From Chrysomallon squamiferum (lineage: Eukaryota; Animalia; Mollusca), in contig CM022676.1 of assembly GCA_012295275.1 (NCBI GenBank), positions 5,394,001 to 5,458,000 on the forward strand: 64,000 bases of DNA, in the 5' to 3' direction. The position numbers were made by a program, and so were the translations under genes. Under the pieces are notes generated by a model that made no database searches, was not told the DNA's origin, and saw only the letters and a program-made list of their open reading frames with translations. Numbering within the stretch: the first letter of the stretch is position 1; every line of letters begins with the position of its first letter. This document shows positions 1-12,873 of the stretch, piece by piece.

Positions 1-25
1 GAAACAAACAAACAACTGAACTCAC

Positions 26-145
26 TAGAAGGAAACAGCCCCTGCTCTTCAAACAGCTGAAGTACGAGTTGTCTCCTCTGATCGAGGATTCGGCGAGGTG
101 AACACGGAGTCTTTGGTGTCCTTGGTGACTGCAACTCGTCAAAAT
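26..145 (-). CDS. cic: cic exon, start of the C1 domain ([25 protein letters not shown])
   Basis: Acceptor ttttaag| at 146-147, donor |gtgagt at 24-25, 120 nt, phase 1-1; matches the CIC C1 motif. Confidence 0.95.
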
Positions 146-293
146 CTTAAAACAGAATTTTTATTTTAAGGATTTAAAATTTTTGACTTTGACCAGAGCA
201 AGAGTTGCTAATGCAAACTTGTTCTTTATATCCTGAATAACCGTGTTTAAAAAAAAAAGAAAAAAAGAATATAAATATAAAAATAAAATAAAT

Positions 294-332
<39 letters not shown>

Positions 333-481
333 TAAATATATATAAAATAATGGAGGAAAAAAAAATGGTTCAGTATTTTTGGCATCAGTAATCATAACAA
401 TAAAATAAGAATGAGTAATAATAATAATAATAATATCTTTAACAGAATAAATAATAATAGGGAAAGGTAAAAAAAACACTA

Positions 482-551
<70 letters not shown>

Positions 552-658
552 CACATAACAGAATTAATAATAATAATCATAGTAAAAAAAAATAATGACA
601 ACAATTTTTTTTTTAAATATTTAAATGATAATTTTCTCAGAGTATTTAAAATTCTCAC

Positions 659-826
659 CTTTTCTTGTCAGAACTGCAGGATCAATGTTGCCTGCCTCCA
701 TGGCTTCCAGGCTGAAATTGCTTCCAAAAAACTTCGTGTCCTCAAATATTCCACTCTTCGGTGTCATTGGAGTCGGAGTTTCAGACTCGCTGGAAAATTT
801 GTTTTCTCCATCAGTTGTATCTTTTA
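659..826 (-). CDS. cic: cic exon (VKDTTDGENK...KFFGSNFSLEAM...)
   Basis: Acceptor ttccag|, donor |gtgaga, 168 nt, phase consistent with neighbours; ORF 621..911. Confidence 0.9.
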
Positions 827-944
827 CTGGAAATAAAATAAAATTAAAATTAATTAATAAATTAATAAGAAATAAAAAATTAAAATAAATATGCACACAC
901 AGCCTATGCAAAGGTAATTACAAACACAAAGCCTACACAGTGGA

Positions 945-1515
945 AATACTTACGATTTACAAATGCAGTTACAAATACCTATTCTTTACAAAGGAAGTTA
1001 CAAACAGATATTCTTTAAAAAGGAAGTTACAAATAGATATCCTTTACAATGGCAGTTTCAAGTATCTATTCTTTACAAATGCAGTTACAAATACCTATTC
1101 TTTACAAAGGAAGTTACAGATACCTATACTTTACAATGGCAGATGCAAATATCTATCATTTACAAATACTGTTACAAATATCTATTCTTTACAAAGGAAG
1201 TTACAGATACCTATTCTTTACAATGGCAGTTACAACTACTTAACATTCACAAATGCAGTTACAAATACCTATTCTTTACAAAGGAAATTCCAAAGACCTA
1301 TCATTTTCAATGACAATTACAAAAACACTTATCATTTACAAATGCAGTTACAAATACCTATACTTTACAAAGGAAATTCCAAAAACGTATCATTTTCAAT
1401 GACAGTTACAAGCACTTATCATTTAGAAATGCAGTTACAAACACTTATCATTTACAAATTCAGCTAGAAACACATGTAACGTACAAAGGCAGTCACAAAT
1501 ATCTATCCTTTGCAA
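945..1515. repeat. ~29-bp minisatellite (ttacaaatgcagttacaaatacctattct), roughly 19 degenerate copies
   Basis: Visible periodicity; accounts for the spurious ORFs 940..1467 and 963..1313. Confidence 0.9.
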
Positions 1516-1580
1516 AGTCACCCAGACGTATCTATGAAATCAATTAAACAATGGACAAATAATCAAGACAGTTGAAGTAC

Positions 1581-1726
1581 CTAGGTTTGATGTCTTCTTC
1601 TTTTTCTTGTAACCACTGATGATGGCCCGAGGACTCTGTGGAATTGGGGTTAAGGTTTCCGATTCTTCGGGTACAAACTGTGGAAGAGACTCAAACTTCT
1701 TCTCAAAGTTAACCTGCTCCAGAACC
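1581..1726 (-). CDS. cic: cic exon, C2/ERK-docking region (VLEQVNFEKKFESLPQF...SPRAIISGYKKKKK)
   Basis: Acceptor aacag|, donor |gtactt, phase 2-1; matches the CIC C2 motif and basic NLS. Confidence 0.95.
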
Positions 1727-2187
1727 CTGTTAAGTACGAAAAAAATAAAATAAAATAAATAAATAAATATCATTGCTACTGCCACTGTTACTACAACTAA
1801 TAATAATGATTATGATGATGATGATGATGATGATGATACTACTACTACTACTACTACTAATAATAATAATAAATAAAGTTTTATAAAATGAAAGTAAAAA
1901 ATATATAAAAAATATAATTTTAATACTGAGAAGCCTTACTTTTTATTTTATTTTCAAATTCTGTCTCAGGTAAAAAAAAAAAAAAAAAAAAAAAATATTT
2001 TTTCCTCCATTTAAGTAATATAATGAAATAAATGCACAATTTCATTACTATCTATATATAACAGTATATTCTGTGTTTAGTCAAGAAAACTAATTATGCA
2101 AATTTTTTGACAGTAGATTAAGAATTTTTCTTATATTTAAATGTCTAAAAAAAAATCAATCTCTCTCTCTCTCTCTGTTTTACTTAC

Positions 2188-2318
2188 TTGTCCATTCCAT
2201 CATCAACAGTTTTCTTGAAAAAGCTGCGTCTGGGGCTGTTCACACTGGGTGATGGCATGGGTGACTGAGTCACCTCTGGGGGGACCATGATGGGTGGTGG
2301 TTTATGTTTGGGCTTTGA
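2188..2318 (-). CDS. cic: cic exon ([14 protein letters not shown]...[11 protein letters not shown])
   Basis: Acceptor attcag|, donor |gtaagt, 131 nt, phase 0-2, joins the C2 exon in frame. Confidence 0.92.
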
Positions 2319-2570
2319 CTGAATAAGAAAAATATATATATTTTTAAAACATTCTACTGCATTTGTAAACCAATCAATCATCAATCAATTTTATTTTAAA
2401 ATTTTAAATATTACTGAATAGACATCTGAAGGAATTGGTGACTGATTTATACCTTGGGGGGAGACCATGATAGGTGGTGGGTTATACTTGGGTTTTGACT
2501 ATGAATAAACATGTTCTTTTATTATACTTTCTGCTACAACTGTATATAAATAAATAAATAAATAAATAAG

Positions 2571-2601
<31 letters not shown>

Positions 2602-2784
2602 ATTAATAAATAAATAAATAAAAAAAAAATAATATAGTGAATTACTACTAGTGGTAGAATCATTATTAACAGCGATTTATGATGGGCTTTGCTTTTCAGT
2701 TTAAGAATAAAAATAATAATCTAAAATAAATTAAAGAATAAAATAAAAATATAAATAAATATAAAATCAGCAAAATGTATAGTT

Positions 2785-2821
<37 letters not shown>

Positions 2822-3059
2822 TTTATTTAATGAAACCTCGACACAATTTTAAATATTAAAAAATTAATAAAATCACTTATATTTCTGAAGTGTATTAATG
2901 AAATAAATACATTTATGTTCATGCATGTATGTTCCCCACAGACACACACACAAACACACACACACACACTCACAGTCGTTCTTTCCTACTTTACCCGTTT
3001 AAAAATAATGAAAGCCGTTTACGCTGAAACTTGTCTTTCTCAACAATTTATTAACTTAC

Positions 3060-3234
3060 GGTTGACGGAGATTCTTGAACAGCAGAAGGGTGTTCTTCCT
3101 GCTGTTGTTGCTTAGCAACAGCTGACTGATCAGCAGATGTCTGCTGAGCAGAGAACTGCTGTGTCGACTGAGGCATCGTGAACTGGATATGCTGAGGACT
3201 TTGTCCTGAAGAATACTGTGCCTTTTGTTGCTGC

Positions 3235-3266
<32 letters not shown>

Positions 3267-3442
3267 TTGTTGTTGTTGTTGTTGTTGTTGAGACACATAC
3301 TGCTGCTGCTGGAGTTGCTGTTGATGCTGCGATGATGAGAAATAGTGCTGTGAAGAATTTCCGAACTGCTGCTGCTGCTTCTGTTGTTGTTGTTGTTGCT
3401 GATGCATTGCTGACAATTGTTGCTGATGTAGCTGTTGCTGTT

Positions 3443-3488
<46 letters not shown>

Positions 3489-3853
3489 AGCAAGATGTTG
3501 TTGTTGTTGTTGTTGTTCCGATGATTTTGAAAATTCTTCCGACACTGGACTGGCCTTCCCCCTTTTGTCCCTCCCCCTCACTGTGTACACCTCCTTCTCG
3601 CGGAGTTCTTCGTAGCGTCTGCCCTTGCACACTCGCTGTGGGCTTCGTCCGACATCCTCGTACATCGGCTCTTGGCTCTGGCTGTTGTCGTAGCTGCTGC
3701 TGTTCGCAGAGACCGTCTGCTGGTTCATCGAGTAGTGAGACGACCGCTGTGACGTTGTCTGCGCTGACGATGTCAAGTCGATGTTTTGTGACTGATGAAC
3801 GTTGTCGTTCGCTGAAGCAGCCAGGTTTGGAGAACTGGTTGCTGTTTGGTGGC
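3060..3853 (-). CDS. cic: cic exon with RVCKGRRY motif and long polyQ tracts
   Basis: Acceptor ccacag|, donor |gtaagt, 794 nt, phase 1-0, open frame (ORF 3051..3776). Confidence 0.9.
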
Positions 3854-3884
3854 CTGTGGGTAGAGATAAAAATAAAAGAGGGAA

Positions 3885-4075
3885 TTTGATTGGTTAGTTA
3901 TTTGTGTTTAAACAGTGTGTACATATTTGATTGGTTAGTTATTTGTGTTTAAACAGTGTGCACAGGTTTGATTGGTTAGTTATTTGTGTTTAAACAGTGT
4001 GTAAAGATTTGATTGGTTATTTATTTGTTTTTAATCAGTGTGCACAGATTTGATTGGCTTGTTATTTGTGTTTAA
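3885..4075. repeat. ~40-bp tandem repeat x5 next to a cic acceptor
   Basis: Unit tttgattggttagttatttgtgtttaaacagtgtg... Confidence 0.9.
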
Positions 4076-4354
4076 AATGTGAAATTATTGAAGCACATTC
4101 TCTCTGAACATTTTGTAATTATCTATTGTTTTATTTTGTTTAGTAACTTATTATCAAAACTGGAAGTTTTAAAAATTAATCTATAGCTATATAGTTTTAT
4201 GATATACATTTACTTAGTAATTATCATAACAAATTTTATCAAGAAAATGTTTATATAATATAATGACAGATTTATAACTTTAACTGAAATGTATTTTAGA
4301 TCATAAAACCAAAGATTTCTAAACTGTAATCTCATCTTAACACCTATATGATTA

Positions 4355-4705
4355 ATAAACATTTATCTGAATAGTGAAACCTCTGTATGAATGTGAATAG
4401 TGAAACACCTGCATGAATGGTGAAACATTTATCTGAATAATGAAACATCATTATGAATGTAAATAGTGAAACTGTTGTCCAAAGAGCTAATGTATCTGAA
4501 TAGTGAAACATCTGTAGGAATAGTGAAACACCCATGTGAAAAGCAAACACAATGAACTGAATTTGTAAATCTCGACTCAGCTTATGAAACACTTGTCAGA
4601 ACAGTGAAACAGACTTGTCTGAAAAGTGAAACACACGGGTCTGAAAAGTGAAACACACTTGACTGAAAAGTGAAACACACGGGTCTGAAAAGTGAAACAC
4701 TAAGA
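4355..4705. repeat. degenerate gtgaaaca-based tandem repeat next to a cic donor
   Basis: Recurrent (ctgaa)(t/a)agtgaaacac units. Confidence 0.8.
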
Positions 4706-4722
4706 AACACAACCACCCTCAC

Positions 4723-4893
4723 CTGAAGTTGACGGCATCCTCTGCATGCTCTCCGTGCCAACAGGAATGCTGGCAGTCGTTGCCTTCACCTTTGTGGGCT
4801 TTGTGGCAACGTTGGGGCTGCTGATGTAACCGATTTCACCTTTGCCGTCACTTGGGTACGCAATGTAGTTTGAAGATTTGAGGTTCATAAATC
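4723..4893 (-). CDS. cic: cic exon (KVKATTASIPVG motif)
   Basis: Acceptor ctttag|, donor |gtgagg, 171 nt; motif resembles vertebrate CIC KVKAAIASIPVG. Confidence 0.92.
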
Positions 4894-5565
4894 CTAAAGA
4901 AAAAAAAAATAGAAGATATAAATAATTTTAAAATAGTTATTTCAAAAAAACAGCTCTGAAGTTTAAAGAAAGAAAAATAATAATAATAATAATAATAATA
5001 AAATGTTGTATTGATATATAAAAAAATCCTAAGATTATTGTTAATTCCTGATTAAATTACGGTAATGATAATTAGTAGTAGTAGTAGTATTAGTAACAGA
5101 AATGGTAGTAGTAGTAGTAGTAGTAGTAGCAGCAGTAGAAGTAACAGTAAAGTGAGAGTATTAGCAGTATAGGTAAAAACAGTAGTGCTGTAGATGAAAT
5201 ACAAACAGTGGAAATGATAGATGCAGTAGTTGTTGTAGTAGTAATGTACAAGCCTAGTGTTGAATTTTAGTATAATTTACTTGCAAAGAAAAAGTATCAT
5301 TTTAGAATTTCATAGACGGTAATGTTACTAAATATTAGAATTAAATAAACAGTAAAAGTATTAAAAGTTAGATTTTTATGGACAGTAACATCATTAAATT
5401 TTAATTTTTTGAGACATTGAAAATTTTAGATCTTTACAGACAGTAACATCATTAAATTTTAACTTTTTTATAGAACAGTAGTAGTATTAAATTTTAAAAC
5501 AGCTCACTGTTTTACTCTTTAATTTTGTTATCACTGTTCTGACTGTATTATTAAAGTTATTACTA

Positions 5566-5600
<35 letters not shown>

Positions 5601-5779
5601 GTAGTAGTGGTAGCAGCAACAATGGTAGAAGTCATAATAATAATAGTAGTAGTAGTAGTGGTAATAGTAGTGGTGGTGGTAGTAGTAGTAGCAGCAGAAG
5701 TAGCAGTGGTGTATCAGTACCATCCTCATTATAACTCATAGTTCTGTAATCATTTTTATTTTTATAATTAAAATTTTAC

Positions 5780-5948
5780 CATAAATCATAGGACTGGTAG
5801 CTTGTGGGGACTGTGAGATTTCTGAACCGTAACGACTGGTTTGGGGCAATGTTTGGCTGCGTCACTTGAAATACCGGTGCAGGACTCGCTACAGGGGAGT
5901 GTGTCGGAACAGCCTGAGACTGGATCAGAACCTGCTGCATTTGCTGAC
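5780..5948 (-). CDS. cic: cic exon (GQQMQQVLIQSQ...), 1 nt too long for frame
   Basis: Acceptor ttccag|, donor |gtaaaa; removing one base from the G4 run at 5843-5846 restores the phase-1 junction. Confidence 0.8.
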
Positions 5949-6139
5949 CTGGAAGTAAAAAATTAATTTGGATGTTTTTTTTTTTTTTTTTTTTTTACTG
6001 GGGGTTTAACAGGAAATTTTAAATTAAATAATAAATAATTTTTTTTTTTGTTCTGGAACTTTTATTAAATCTTTTTATTTTTTATTTTTTTTTTATTGGG
6101 GGTTTAATATAAAATTTTAAATAGGATTTTTGAATAATA

Positions 6140-6178
<39 letters not shown>

Positions 6179-6314
6179 TAATTGTTTTGGAATAGGATTT
6201 TATTAATAAATTTTTTTTTTTTTTTTTTTTAAATTTTAATAGGATTTTTAAATAATAATAATAATAACGTAATTAAAAAATAAATAAATAAATAAATAAA
6301 TAGTGCTAATGTAC

Positions 6315-6421
6315 CTTGAGAAACAGGATTGACATATGCAGGGATGTATGCCTCCATTTTGGTGGGCTGGGTGCTAACTATGGGAACTGAACCTGTACTT
6401 CCTTGGTGAACGTAAGTAATT
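6315..6421 (-). CDS. cic: cic exon (ITYVHQGSTGSVPIV...)
   Basis: Acceptor ttacag|, donor |gtacat, 107 nt, phase 2-1. Confidence 0.85.
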
Positions 6422-7114
6422 CTGTAAAAAAATAAATATTACTTTGTTATAAAACATACTGAATGAATGAATGAATGAATAATGGTGATGATGAAGATGA
6501 TGATGATGATAATGGTAATAACACTAGTAATAATAATAACTAATAGTAATAATAATAATAATAATAATAATATTGATAATAATAAAAGTATTGATAATAA
6601 TAGTAATATTGATAATAATAATAATAATATTAATAATAATAATAGTAATAGTATTCATAATAATAATAATAATAATAATGGTACTAATACTAATAGTAAT
6701 AATAGTATTAATAATAATAATAAAAAAATAACAAGAAAAAAAAATAATAATAAATAAATAAATAAATAAAATAATAATAAAAAATGCTGAAGTAAAACAG
6801 TGTGTACAAGATTGTTATTGACTGTTTTATTGCTAATGCACTGATTTGACAAAACAAACAAATGTTAATATTGCTTAATTGCTTAATTTATTTATTAATT
6901 TATTTATTTTGTTTTCAACATAATCATTAACAAGTTTGCTGAACTGAAATTTTTGTTATTTTTTTTTTTAAATTCATATCAGACATAATTCACACATTAA
7001 ACTGTAAATTTAAAAAGTAATTTTAAAAATTAATTAACAACCATATTAAATTATTATAATAAAAAAAAAAATTTTAAAAAATAAATTAAAAATCAAACTA
7101 AAAAAACCACTTAC

Positions 7115-8893
7115 TTGTTTGCAGTAGGCAGAAGTATATGCTGTGGCAGTTGCTGCTGCAGATGTTGCTGCTGTTGTTGCAGCTGCTGCAGCTGATGCTG
7201 CGACAACTGCACCTGCTGGGGCTGGGCAGCCGTCGCCATGACGGCCGGGGTGGGATTGACTGTGACCAGCTGCGTAACCATGGCAACGGCCTGTGCCTGC
7301 TGGGCCTTCATCCCAGCAACATAGCTCTGCTGCTGCTGCTGCTGCTGCTGGGAGACCAGCTTCCCACCGTTCGACATCGTCGTCATCCGTATTCCAGGTG
7401 GGGCAGGGGATATCTGGAGCCGCCCAGGCTGGGGCTGGGCTGGGAGGAGTGACCGGGCCCGGGGACAGTCAGGATGTTCGCCATGCCGGGCAGCGCCATC
7501 TGGAGGATGTTCTGCACCTTGCCCCCATTGGGCGAGGGCTGCACACGCACCGATGGAAGTATGTACTGCACGTGGGTCGGCGTCTGCAGCGCTGCCTGGT
7601 TGATGCTGATCGTCTGCGCCGCAGCAGCAGCAGCCTGAGCCTGAGCCTGACCCAGAGTCACCGCTGTCCCCTGCTTCAGGACGACGTTCGTCACCAATCT
7701 CTGCTGAGCGAGATTCTGCGGCTGCTGCTGCTGCTGCTGTTGTTGCTGTTGCTGTTGTTGTTGTTGAGGAGGAGCTATGTTTCTCAGGGTCGTGGTGATG
7801 AATCCGCTGCTGTTCACTGACTGCACGCTCGAGTTGGCAGCCATCTTGTTGGTGCCGATGCTTGGTGGGTTTATGATGGTCACTCCGTGCTGGCTGCTCG
7901 GAATGCCTTGAAGCAGCACCAGGTTCTTTATGCTGCTGCTGCTGCTGCCGTTGTTGTTGTTGCCCGTGGCGACCACCGCCTGCTGCGGGAGGCTGGGGCT
8001 GTTCTGGGTGAGGGACTTCTGCACCCCCGCGGGCGTGCCAGCCTGGGAGGCGGGCAGGGTGGGCTTCGACGCAATGGGGATGGGCGTCGTTATGGGCTTG
8101 CTTGTCGTTGTGAACGTCGACGCCACCATCCCGCCGGCGTACGATGCTGCCGCGCCGACGACCTGCGGAGCTGCCATTATCTGCACCACGCTCGACGTGG
8201 CCGGCCTCACGTACTGAGCATTGGCGGGCGCCTGGAACGATATCTGCTGCATTGACTGAGGCAGCTGAGTGACGACTTTGGCCGGCTTTGGAGCCTTCTG
8301 CGTCATCTTTCCTATGATTGGGCCTCGGCCATTTTGTTTTCCCAACGTCGTCTGCATGTTCGACGACAGAATTATCTGCTGCTTGTTCTGCGTCATGGTG
8401 ATGTTGTGGATCTTCATCGGTCCAACTTTGGCCGTCTGCTGCTGCTGCTGCTGCTGCGTGTGAGGCAGACGCGGGTTCCCGCCAAACTGGTAGTCTCCCC
8501 TTGGCTCCTTCTTCGACGTTTCCACGGCGTTCTCCCCGGCTCCTTCCAGGCAGCCTACGGACATAATCCTCGAGGGTTTGGGCTTGGCCTTGAACACGGC
8601 TCCTTTCGGCTGGAAGCTGGATCCTGTGCTGGAGGGCCGAGGGATCAAGGAGTCCATCAGGTACTTGTTTGAAGGAGACCCCATTCCATCGACGTTGCTC
8701 TGTGGTTCGAGGACGTGGCGTATCGGTTTGGGTCTGTACGCGACATCGGCTGGGGTGATGGGTTTCATCACCGGGGAGAATCGCTGCTGAGGGAACGCCT
8801 TGTTTTCTATCAGGGTGTCCTCCTCTGTCTGACTGTCTGTCTCGCTGTCAGAGACGTGCTCCTTGCAGTTCAAGTCGATGTCACTCACGTGAC
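7115..8893 (-). CDS. cic: cic large central exon (DIDLNCKEHVSDSE..., FQPKGAVFK, Q/A/P-rich), with a frameshift near 7440-7465
   Basis: Acceptor tttcag|, donor |gtaagt; ORFs 7383..8888 and 7111..7386 overlap in different frames. Confidence 0.9.
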
Positions 8894-9705
8894 CTGAAAA
8901 TCAAAATCAAAATTTTAAAAAAAATTTGAGATTAAAATTATTTTGAAATTTTCCTCATCAGTCTCCTTAATGAAACGCCTACAGTCACTGTCCTTCACTA
9001 TATTTAATACAGTTTTTTTCCTATAACCATCGTAATATGAACATCATCATTAATTTATTAAAAACTGTCTTTAAGTACGTCATGTAAGGTTTCTAACTGA
9101 ATAGTGATATCATCATTATCAACACTATCATCTCTTGGATGATTGCCCATTCAAATACATAGTGGTATTACAATCATTAATTTCTCAAATATATTTTTCT
9201 TTAATACTTTTGTGTGATTTTCCACCCCATGTTTAAAATAACATCAACAACCAAAATAATTTTTTCAGTATGTTTTCTTGAGTAACTTTCCCTATACCCT
9301 TAGTAATACAAACAAAATTAATTTCTACAATATTATTGCTTGGTTCATTTCCCATAGCAGTATTCTGAAATATTTCTCAAACATTTTCTCTTGAAGCGAA
9401 TTCCCCTGTATCTTTATTAATCTTTTTTTTCCCATTTTATCTTTTTCATTTCCAATATTAATCTCTTTAAGTCATTTCCCTGGCATCTGTAAATAACATC
9501 AGCAACATTACTTTCTCGAAACCTTTCTCTTAAATACTGAGATCCATCTGTTTGTAATATAACAAACAACATTATTAATCTCTCACTTATTAACTCATTA
9601 GAGTATCATCATTAATTAATTTTTTTTTTTTTTTTTTTTTTAATCACGATTACCCATACCCTCACCAACCCCACCCCATCCCACCCCTGGCTCCGCCCAG
9701 CTCAC

Positions 9706-10033
9706 CGTCTTGCTCCTCGCAAATCACCATCTTCTCTTCATCACTGTCCTCCTCCTCCCCCATGGAGCCCAGGTTGCGGTACCCCGGTCTCCGCGGCAAC
9801 CGGCCATGCTCCGCTCCCGCCGCTCACCTGCATGGGGTGGGAGGGGTGGCCCGTTGCCATGGAGACGGCGTGCTCAGGCGGCTGTTGCTGACCCTGCTGC
9901 TGCTGACCCTGCTGCTGCTCTGCTGCTGGTAGTGTGGACTAGAGTGAGGTAAGTCGGTCGCCGAGGAAACGTTCTGGGACTGATAGCGAGGGTGTGGCTT
10001 GCCTACGGACAGTCCCGATTCATGAGCGAAAGC
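9706..10033 (-). CDS. cic: cic exon ending EEEDSDEEKMVICEEQD, with an in-frame TGA at 9824-9826
   Basis: Acceptor ttccag|, donor |gtgagc, 328 nt, phase 0-1; the MVICEE motif is conserved in CIC. Confidence 0.85.
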
Positions 10034-10035
10034 CT

Positions 10036-10370
10036 GGAATGAATGAATGAATGAAAGAGTGAAACAAAATATGAATAAAATGAATTAATCAATTTGTCAA
10101 AATGAATAAGTGAACAAAATGAATGAACAAAAGAATGAATAAGTGAACAAAAGAACGAATGAACAAATGAATGAACGAGTGAAAAAAATATGAATAAAAT
10201 GAATTGATCAATTTGTCAAAATGAATAAGTGAACAAAATGAATGAACAAAAGTATGATTTTATAAGTGAGTGAACAAAAGAATGAATGAACAAGCGAAGA
10301 AACGAACGAATGGACAAATAAATATGTGAAGAAATGAACGAATGAGTAAAATAAGAAAACAAATGAACGA
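10036..10370. repeat. (TGAA)-rich repeat with an internal ~120-bp duplication, next to a cic acceptor
   Basis: 10057-10133 recurs at about 10177-10252. Confidence 0.8.
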
Positions 10371-10547
10371 ACATTCAACAATAATCTAAAACTCTTTTCA
10401 TTAATGTCAGCAGGAGTAAATGGTTCATTAATATTAAATGCATGCATGTGTGTGCATGTGTGTGTGTGTCTGTGCATGCATGTGCATCCATGCATATGTG
10501 TGTGCAACAATTTAAAAAAAAAGAGAAGATACAAAAATGATGCTCAC

Positions 10548-10755
10548 TTCAGTGTAAGTAGCCTTTAAAAAACCTTTCGGTGGATTGTCCTCTTCCTTCG
10601 GGACTGCAGAGAGAGACTGTGCGGGCGTGTCCGCTGCAGACTGGCGATGCGTGGGTAGTGCAGCGGAGTCTCAAATGACATCGGCTGAGGCTCCGTCACA
10701 GCGTCATCGTCCTTCTCTTTCGCATCACTCTCCTCAAAGAATTTGTCATCTGTTA
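10548..10755 (-). CDS. cic: cic exon (DDKFFEESDAKEKDD...RPHSLS), probable 2-nt excess in a (CT)n run
   Basis: Tandem acceptors at 10755 and 10749; strong donor GAA|gtgagc at 10546-47; a weak alternative donor near 10573 would keep the frame as assembled. Confidence 0.75.
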
Positions 10756-11428
10756 CTTGTGAAAATGAAAAATTGAAGAGAGAAGATGTAGTCATCTGGG
10801 TTTTTTTGGTTTTTTTGTCTATTTGTAAAAATGAAGAGAGAATATCTAGGTTAGTGTGTAAATATATGTAAGTATTTCATAGACATCTATTGTTTAATTA
10901 TTTATCTTATGAATTTTTATTATGTTTAACTCTATATCATTATGAATTTTGTTTGGTCCCTTCATTAGTTGTCATAACATTCTCATACACTCAATCAATC
11001 ACTCTCACACACTCACACTTTCTCTCTCTCTCATTTTCTCTCATGTTTTTTTCTCTCTATCTCTCCCCCCCCCATTACAAAGATTGCTATATAAAGTATT
11101 AAAGTTTTTCGTCAAGCTAATTCAGTGAACATAAACAAGTTTCAAAGGCTAAACAATATATTTTTCTCTAATTAATATCTCTGCATAATAAAATATCTCC
11201 AAAAACTGGCTCGTTCTTTTTTCAGTTAGCTGAAAGAACCATTTCACATGCACCTTCCCGTAAGCAGGAGAGCACATACCACAGCTTTTAATAAATAATC
11301 TGGAAATGAAAAGAATCTGATGAATTCTCTGACAAGGAATGATCTTGTCTACCATCATAATTCTTGCTGTGTGCAGTAACCAGTGAAAAATGATTAACAA
11401 AACCACAATCACATAAGAAAAAACATAC

Positions 11429-11579
11429 CAAGTTCTGCGATGTCGTCCATATCATCAGTGGAGCTCAAACGTCGACTACCGCCTCGCTGTTTGAGTGCTG
11501 CAGCGATGGTGCTGGATTTCTTTCTGTCTTTGGAACACCATTTCCATTCAGGATGAGCCTTAAAATGAGCTTCTTTGAC
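11429..11579 (-). CDS. cic: cic exon, HMG-box C-terminal part ([22 protein letters not shown])
   Basis: Acceptor ttacag|, donor |gtatgt; diagnostic CIC HMG tail. Confidence 0.97.
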
Positions 11580-11786
11580 CTGTAAAACATGTTGAACATC
11601 TTCGTCCTTTACTTTAGGATTTTCTTTTTAGGATTATACACCCATGGATCAAAGACATCACATTAAATGATTAACAACAAGGTGAGGGTGAACTTATTTA
11701 TGGCTAGTTTTGTTAAAGAAATTGTGGTTACTTCTACAATTTATAAAAATTAATGATAAATAACTGGGGGAGGTATAACATAAAAG

Positions 11787-11861
<75 letters not shown>

Positions 11862-12161
11862 AGAAATAAGTAGAGGCAGACAGACTGATAGAAAGAGACA
11901 CTGAGGCAGAGAAAGAGAAAGACAGAAAGAAAGACAAAAAAAAAGAAACAGAACCAATAAAGAAATGTGTAATCTGAAGAAAAGAATCAGAGAGAAAGAG
12001 TGAAAAAGAATAAAAAGAAAGTCAGAGACAGAAAGACAAAAAAAAAGAAACAGAACCAATAAAGAAATGTGGAAGCCGAAGAAAAGAATCAGAATGAAAA
12101 AGAATGAAAAAAAAAGAAAGAAAGAAAGAAAGAAATAGACAAAAGCCAAAGATGAGAATCA

Positions 12162-12401
<240 letters not shown>

Positions 12402-12767
12402 CTAAAACAATTATTTGTTCTTTTATATTTTATTTAATTTGTTTATTTATTTATTTATTTTTTTTTATTTTTTTTAACCATTATTATTATTAAATATATT
12501 TATTTATAAAATATTATTTTTATTTTTATTTATTTTGTTTATAATTTTTTTTATGACATTATTTTTCATTCACAGAAATAAAAATAAATAAATATTGTGT
12601 AATAACCATTTGATATACAGAGTCTATTTAGATACATGACAATCTGAAGTGTGTGTTTACACAACCTCAGATAACAAATTAAATTAAAAAATTGTCAAAT
12701 GGTTTCAAGTTAACAAAATTAATTACACAATTTTGTAATAACATTTTTTTAAAATAGATATTTATAA

Positions 12768-12798
<31 letters not shown>

Positions 12799-12873
12799 GC
12801 AAACAATGTCCAGGTCACTCTATAACAGGTAAACTGCAACACCTGGACACAAAATGAAGATTTCGTTTCTTAC

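Noticed and set aside
940-1467. 175-aa repetitive ORF
   Set aside because: Product of a 29-bp minisatellite; the unit is not a multiple of three and lies antisense in an intron.
3130-8897. Plus-strand and alternate-frame ORFs over cic exons (e.g. 3218..3889, 7293..7820, 7887..8255)
   Set aside because: Shadow ORFs of GC-rich, CAG-rich coding sequence.
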